21,181 bases of DNA from the NCBI GenBank assembly GCA_963663805.2, contig CAXXMR010000006.1, forward strand, positions 1-21,181, in the 5' to 3' direction. Shown piece by piece: positions 15,698-21,181 of this stretch. A program made the position numbers and the translations under genes. Each line of letters begins with the position of its first letter. The stretch's first letter is position 1. Source of the stretch: Sedimentisphaerales bacterium. GTDB taxonomy: Bacteria; Planctomycetota; Phycisphaerae; Sedimentisphaerales; SM23-30. A model generated the notes under the pieces. That model searched no databases, had not been told where the DNA came from, and saw nothing but the letters and a program-made list of their open reading frames with translations.

Positions 15698-18600
15698 CTA
15701 GTTTTGGTTCCAGCAGTTGGAGAACCAGACGAAATCGTAGAGGTCAACGATGCCGTCGCCGCCGGGGGCGGGGGCGATGTCGGCATTGGCCTCATCGGTC
15801 AGCCAGGCATTGGCGAGATATTGCAGGTCGAGAATATCGGTCTGGCTGTCATTGTTAAGGTCGATATCACATCCGGTACGCAACTGCCAGGGCAGCTCGG
15901 TGGCCAGGTCGAACGGGGTCAGCTGATTGATGCTGATGATAAACGTGCCGTTGCTGGTAGTATTCTGCTGGGCGGGGATATTGGCGAACCAGAGATGATT
16001 CTGTTTCAGGGTGACATGGTCGGGCAGGGCGGCGGTGTCGATAACAAAGGCCGCTTCGCTAACCGGCTCATCACAACTGTTGAACAGAGTGACGGTATAT
16101 TCATAGTCATAAGTTGTTCGACCGGTACGGGTCTGGCTGATGAGGTTCCAGGCGAATACCTGGACATCGCAGAGTTGCTCGATATTGACATTGAAGGTAT
16201 CGAGCGAACCGGCGGTCGCATAATTATAACTGGTGTCCCATATCTGGGACGGTTCCAGGGCGATGGTATACAGCCCGTTGTCGGCATAGTCCCACGTGCC
16301 GTTGGGGGCGGTGACGCGGTAGGTCACTACCCGCGGGGTTCCGCTGCCGAGTGCATCGGAACTAACGAACTGGGCCAACTGGTCGAAACCATTGGGCCCG
16401 GTCACGCGGACATCCTGGGAGTTAAGGCTCAGGGCATCGATGGCTACATCGTCGGAATAAGTCACCACGATATCCAGGCTGGTGCCTCCGTGCGTGGTAA
16501 TATCCAGGACGGGGTCGGCCTGAGCGGTTGGAATCTCCTGGTCATAAGGCGTATAGGCAACCTCGTAGGTTTCGATTATGCCGATACCGTAATCAAAGAG
16601 GTGGAGACGATTTTCATCGTAGGGGGACTGGCCTTCCTTGCGGATAATGCGATGCGTGGTCCAGACATTGTCGGTTACGTACATGGGATAGTTATCCGCC
16701 GTGCGCGTCGCTGAGATGAGTTGATATTGATTATCAGCGGGGTCGTCGAGACGCAGATAATTCCAGCCCATGGGCATCAGCACCGAAACCTGATAGACAA
16801 ATATACCGCCGTCATTGACCGGCCCGGTAACCACCGCTTCGGTAATAGCGTTGACGGGCCAGACGCTGCCGTCACTGAGATGGAGCTTGTCGGGCAGGTC
16901 TTCCATGTCGGGCTGCTGATTGGTGAGGAAGTCGGGCAGTGAATCATCGGGGTCGAGCTGGCTGTCAGCCCGGACGACATGCTCGGTTTCGAATATTTCG
17001 ACACTTTCGACCAGACTCAGGCGTGGGTCTCCGAGGCTGTCAACGTGTTCGAAGCTGGCATAGTATTCAACGAATTTACCCTGGAGGCTGGTAATCATCA
17101 TCCACTGGGCGACGACCGACTGGGCAGGTCCGATGTCGCCGAGATTAACGGTCAGTGAAGGCGAGACTTCCTCGGTGCCGACGCGGGTTCCGATGATTTC
17201 AAATTCGATGAGCAGGCCCTTTTCGTTCTCGATAATTTCGGGCTGTGAAGAGGTAATCCGCACATTATTGGCGGTACCTGCTCCGGTGTTGGTCATCATC
17301 AGTCCGAGCGAGTAGGGGATGGCTGGCTCGGTTTGGGGGGTGAACGGGTCGTCGCTATATACATCACGTTCCAAGAAGTATTTGACCTGGAGGTTCGGGT
17401 TAGGCAGCACGGTAATGGGTGCCGGGAAGAGCGGCACGCTTACCGATGAACCGTTGAGCACATAGTTAAGTGTGCCGCGTACATAATAGACTTTCGCTTC
17501 GGTCGGAGCGGCGTCCTGAGTTGGTACGATAATCCACGAGGCGGTCCCCTGGCTATTTCCGCCGAGTGCCCAGCTGTTTTCGGTTCCGCTAAATCCGGTA
17601 GTTGTGGGCGGGTAGATACCGAACAGCTCGTTAGAGGCGTTGCCGTCCTCGTCGCGAATGTCGATAACCACGGAGATGTCTTCCAGTCCGTCGGGTCCTT
17701 CGTTGCCGAGTTCGAGCAGTGCTTCAAAGGCGTTACGCGAGATGACGGCTTCCTGCTCGATGCGAATCCTGACGCGGGCACATACTCCCTGGTCCTCTTC
17801 TTCGAGTTTACCCTGAAGAACGTTGCGGGCATAGGAGACGCCACCGAGAAGGTCAGTGAATCCTTCGGCCTCATGTTCATCGATAGCGGTCATAGCGTCG
17901 TCCATCTGTCCGGCGAGGACATCGTAGTCGATGAAGTCGGTACTTTCACCGGCGGGTACGTCTGCTTCGCATCTGATACCTGCGGCCCAGTAGTCCATAG
18001 TGCGGTTCCAGCGGGCGACGAGATTATCGACGTCCTGGACTGTTACCTGTGCGGGCAGGGGCATATTACGCAGGGTTTGGTGTTCGGTTGTCGAAATTTT
18101 TTCGGCATCCTCACTGGCTGCGTGAGTCACGGATTCAAAGGCTTCCATGAACTGGACGAATTTGACACTTTCATCGTCTCCTTCCTGGCCGCTGAACCAG
18201 ATGGGGTCTCCGAAGATTTCCACCATAGGCAGAATCATCCGCTGGAGGCGCAGGGCCTGTTCCTGGAGATAGAATACCGGCGGGCCAAACTGACCTCCCT
18301 CGGCGGAAGCGGCTGCTTCTGCCAGGTTCATGGCGATTGGTCCTTCCTCTGAAGAACCACCCGTGCCATACAGATCGATACAGCTTCCGCCGATGATGGC
18401 CGAGGTTATATCATAGGCACACCAGAAGACGTTCCAGGCTAGTCCCCAGGGTCCGAGCTTTTTGGCGGCGTCACCACCGCAACTGATAATAGTACTTAGC
18501 GCGCCGCCTACGCAGTTCTTGGCGCAGTCGAAGCTGAATCCGCTGGAGCAGGAAGAGCCGCATTCGTAGGCACTCTTGAGGATAGTGGTGCCGCAGTCAA

Positions 18601-21181
18601 TAGGCAGGAAGCTCAGGGCGCAATTGAGTACTGATTTGAGTATGTCTATAGCACAGGGGTTACACGATTCTTCCACTTCGATGGTGGTGTGGGTGACAAC
18701 CGGTACACTCGGTGACCAGCCTCCTCCTCCGCCCCATCCTCCGCCCCATCCTCCTCCTCCTCCTCCACCGCCGCCGCCGATGGAGTAACCACCGCCGCCG
18801 ATTCCGCCGCCGCCGGTGCCGGTGCAGACGAGGACGGGGAATTTGAAGTAGAAGGGGGTGCGGTGCCAGCGTTTATCGGGGCCGCATACGTAACTATAAC
18901 CCACATAGGATACCATTTTGGTGGTACAGGATATATCACTCGCCGCCGCGTCGGAGTTTGCGGCTGCTGAGTTGATGTCGATAACCACCGAGCCGCTGGT
19001 CATGGCCTGGATGTCAACTTCGCCTTCGGGCTCATTGAGCGACTGGGAATAGTTAAGGTTCCTGACGATTACCGGTACGGTTATGGAGGTCTGGGCGGCG
19101 AGGTCTCCGATTTCGCCGACCAGGGGGGTAAACTCGAATTTATTGTTATCTCCGAAGATAAGGTCTACATCCTCGGCGGTAATCAGACCGTGGTTGGTAA
19201 TGGTATAGTCAACCTGCATTTCGGCGACGTTCATCTCGGCCAGGTCGAGCAGGGCCGGCTCGACGGTTACGATGGGTACCGGCACCTGAGTTTCAAAGAC
19301 GGCCTCGATAGTAAAGAGGTAGTGGTCTTCGATAACCGTGGGTTTGACGGTCCAGTTATAAGTGATAAGCTGACGGGGCAGGAAGGCCTCTACCTGAGTT
19401 GCCTTGCCGGCTTCGACCAGGATTGTGGTGCCGAACCCGCCGTGCCCGTCGGCTTCAACGGTTACGTCGTAATAGGCCTCCTGCAGGTCAGTGAACAGGG
19501 CGATCCCCTCACTATCGGTGATAAGAATATCCACGATAGCCTGAGTTTCGGTGTTCTTGACGGTGACGACGGCATCTGCCAGATTCGGATTTCCGTCGGC
19601 GAGGAAGGTGAATTCATCCTGAGTGATAACTTCCAGGTCGCCGCGTCCCAGCGATACGCAATTAAAGCTGAACGGTACGCTTACGCCCGTTTGCAGGCCG
19701 TTTACGGCTATAGAGCCTTGATAGAGACCCAGGGGCAGCGGGTTTTCGGAGTCGTCGCTGGGCAGCAGGGAGAGGATAACCTTCCGCGATGCGCCCGGCT
19801 GGATGGGCTGAACGGTTGCCGCGGTGGCCAGGTGCATCCAGTTGCCAGTTCCGGCGGGTAAAAGTACCTGCAACTGACTTGTGGGTGCGCCGCCGTTATT
19901 GGTAAGTTCAAACTCAACGATGGTCTGCTGACCGCGAACCATACCGGTTGCCAGTGAAGTTGGTGCGACGACCAGATAGGGCAGGGGGGTGACGACACGG
20001 ACGGCGAGCTGTAGAGTAACGACCGCTCCTTCGTCGCTGGTAATGTCTACATTAACCATTGCTTCCGGTATCGAGGCGTCTTCGGCGAGGATGGTATAGT
20101 CGAGGCTTGCCGTTGCCAGTGAGCCCAGCCCGGTGGGCAGGGCGGTTATCTGGATGTCGAGGTTGGCAGGCGCGTTACTGATGGTCGCCTGGATGTTTGT
20201 TAGCGGAGTATCGCCGAGGTTACGCAGCACGACCGAGCCATAAACCGTCTGGTTGACATTGGCCTGATGCCTCATGCCGATGGGGTTGACGCTCATTCCA
20301 GCGAGTATGAAGCTGTCTTCGGCTGGTTCGGTGGTAACTGATGGATGGTCAGCTGAAACGGTGTAATAGCCGGCTTCGTTGGGCAGGGGCGTCCAGGTAT
20401 GACTGAATGAGCTGTCTGCCTGAGTAATTTTGTTAATGGTACGGGTGGTACCCTGTACCTTGATGGTAATTTTGACCGGTACACCCGCGGCGGGATTTCC
20501 GGGCGAAGTTCCGTCAGGCAGCCAGAGGGCCTGTCCTGTCAAGTGTACAGGAGTTCCGGCAGGTGCGGTTTCGATGTCAGCTTCGACGGTGGCGGTGTAG
20601 GGCAGCGGGACGTAAAGCTGGAAGGTTTCGTCGTCACTGCCGACGTTGTTGAGAGCCTGTACGCGAACCTCATAAGGAGTGGGTGATGCGACAGCGGCGG
20701 CCCAGTTAATCAAACCGGTACTGGGGTTGATTTCCATGCCGCTGGGCTTGGAGACCAGGGTCCATGAAACCGGTGTGCTACCCTGAGTGAGTGTGGGCTG
20801 GACCGAATAGGGTGTGCCTTCACTTACAGTCGCGTCCGCTATCGGCGTGATTTCCGGCAGGAGCAATACCGAAATATTCCATGAGGTCTGGCTGGTTCCG
20901 TAGGTGTTGGTGGCGCTGACGGTGACGTTATAGGGATTGGCATCGTATACCGCGGCGTTCCAGACGACCTGTCCGGTGGTGTCATTGATGGTCATGCCCG
21001 CCGGGGCGTCTATCAGTGCCCAGGTTACCGGTGCCGTGCCGCGCAGGAGCGAGGGGGTAATGCTGTAGAACGCACCCGCGGCGACGTTGGCGTTGGGGAC
21101 GCCGTTAATGACCGGCGAGGAAAGCACGGTCAACTGCCAGGTTACGTCATGGTGGCCGACATCGTTAGCGGCTCGGATTTT
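15698..21181 (-). CDS. Large secreted/surface protein with putative Ig repeats, carboxypeptidase-regulatory-like domain, Gly/Cys-rich insert and C-terminal dockerin-like EF-hand pair; 5' partial
   Basis: Frame open to the window end (KIRAANDVGHHDVTWQLTV...); repeats of P.GM.I...TG...W; C-terminal DLNNDSQTDILDLQYLANAW and DIAPAPGGDGIVDLYDF. Confidence 0.85.
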   Translation of the reverse strand, partial: KIRAANDVGHHDVTWQLTVLSSPVINGVPNANVAAGAFYSITPSLLRGTAPVTWALIDAPAGMTINDTTGQVVWNAAVYDANPYNVTVSATNTYGTSQTSWNISVLLLPEITPIADATVSEGTPYSVQPTLTQGSTPVSWTLVSKPSGMEINPSTGLINWAAAVASPTPYEVRVQALNNVGSDDETFQLYVPLPYTATVEADIETAPAGTPVHLTGQALWLPDGTSPGNPAAGVPVKITIKVQGTTRTINKITQADSSFSHTWTPLPNEAGYYTVSADHPSVTTEPAEDSFILAGMSVNPIGMRHQANVNQTVYGSVVLRNLGDTPLTNIQATISNAPANLDIQITALPTGLGSLATASLDYTILAEDASIPEAMVNVDITSDEGAVVTLQLAVRVVTPLPYLVVAPTSLATGMVRGQQTIVEFELTNNGGAPTSQLQVLLPAGTGNWMHLATAATVQPIQPGASRKVILSLLPSDDSENPLPLGLYQGSIAVNGLQTGVSVPFSFNCVSLGRGDLEVITQDEFTFLADGNPNLADAVVTVKNTETQAIVDILITDSEGIALFTDLQEAYYDVTVEADGHGGFGTTILVEAGKATQVEAFLPRQLITYNWTVKPTVIEDHYLFTIEAVFETQVPVPIVTVEPALLDLAEMNVAEMQVDYTITNHGLITAEDVDLIFGDNNKFEFTPLVGEIGDLAAQTSITVPVIVRNLNYSQSLNEPEGEVDIQAMTSGSVVIDINSAAANSDAAASDISCTTKMVSYVGYSYVCGPDKRWHRTPFYFKFPVLVCTGTGGGGIGGGGYSIGGGGGGGGGGWGGGWGGGGGWSPSVPVVTHTTIEVEESCNPCAIDILKSVLNCALSFLPIDCGTTILKSAYECGSSCSSGFSFDCAKNCVGGALSTIISCGGDAAKKLGPWGLAWNVFWCAYDITSAIIGGSCIDLYGTGGSSEEGPIAMNLAEAAASAEGGQFGPPVFYLQEQALRLQRMILPMVEIFGDPIWFSGQEGDDESVKFVQFMEAFESVTHAASEDAEKISTTEHQTLRNMPLPAQVTVQDVDNLVARWNRTMDYWAAGIRCEADVPAGESTDFIDYDVLAGQMDDAMTAIDEHEAEGFTDLLGGVSYARNVLQGKLEEEDQGVCARVRIRIEQEAVISRNAFEALLELGNEGPDGLEDISVVIDIRDEDGNASNELFGIYPPTTTGFSGTENSWALGGNSQGTASWIIVPTQDAAPTEAKVYYVRGTLNYVLNGSSVSVPLFPAPITVLPNPNLQVKYFLERDVYSDDPFTPQTEPAIPYSLGLMMTNTGAGTANNVRITSSQPEIIENEKGLLIEFEIIGTRVGTEEVSPSLTVNLGDIGPAQSVVAQWMMITSLQGKFVEYYASFEHVDSLGDPRLSLVESVEIFETEHVVRADSQLDPDDSLPDFLTNQQPDMEDLPDKLHLSDGSVWPVNAITEAVVTGPVNDGGIFVYQVSVLMPMGWNYLRLDDPADNQYQLISATRTADNYPMYVTDNVWTTHRIIRKEGQSPYDENRLHLFDYGIGIIETYEVAYTPYDQEIPTAQADPVLDITTHGGTSLDIVVTYSDDVAIDALSLNSQDVRVTGPNGFDQLAQFVSSDALGSGTPRVVTYRVTAPNGTWDYADNGLYTIALEPSQIWDTSYNYATAGSLDTFNVNIEQLCDVQVFAWNLISQTRTGRTTYDYEYTVTLFNSCDEPVSEAAFVIDTAALPDHVTLKQNHLWFANIPAQQNTTSNGTFIISINQLTPFDLATELPWQLRTGCDIDLNNDSQTDILDLQYLANAWLTDEANADIAPAPGGDGIVDLYDFVWFSNCWNQN

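Noticed and set aside
15680..16714. 344 aa plus-strand ORF, and 19190-19861
   Set aside because: Antisense shadows of the large minus-strand gene; no recognisable motifs

Overview
The window has three parts. (1) 1-9172 is the right arm of a prophage: neck and tail genes (head-tail connector, tail completion, terminator, frameshifted tandem-domain tail tube, short tape measure, tail-tip genes), then a SEC-C zinc-knuckle gene and a Dam-type (D12 class) methyltransferase. It ends in a ~270 bp terminus with three repeated boxes and a terminal ...TTTACA, as expected for a Mu-like transposable phage. (2) 9173-14200 is a decayed cargo block: a GalNAc-transferase-like glycosyltransferase fragment, an AbiEi/AbiEii type IV toxin-antitoxin operon with two operator-like palindromes, an integrase-core fragment, and an IS1634 element carrying an IS21 remnant. 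It is closed by a second, diverged copy of the same phage terminus (13949-14200), so the cargo lies between two same-orientation ends. (3) 14209-21181 holds minus-strand host genes: a MerR-type regulator, a lipoprotein, and a >1800 aa Ig-repeat surface protein with a dockerin-like C-terminus, which suggests a Phycisphaerae/Planctomycetota host (inference). Most notable are the nested duplicated transposable-phage ends, the three-way-junction RNA between the zinc-knuckle and methylase genes (com/mom-like layout), and the heptamer-repeat plus RBS-hairpin cassettes flanking the tail tube gene. No database searches were run; family calls rest on motif recognition and gene order.
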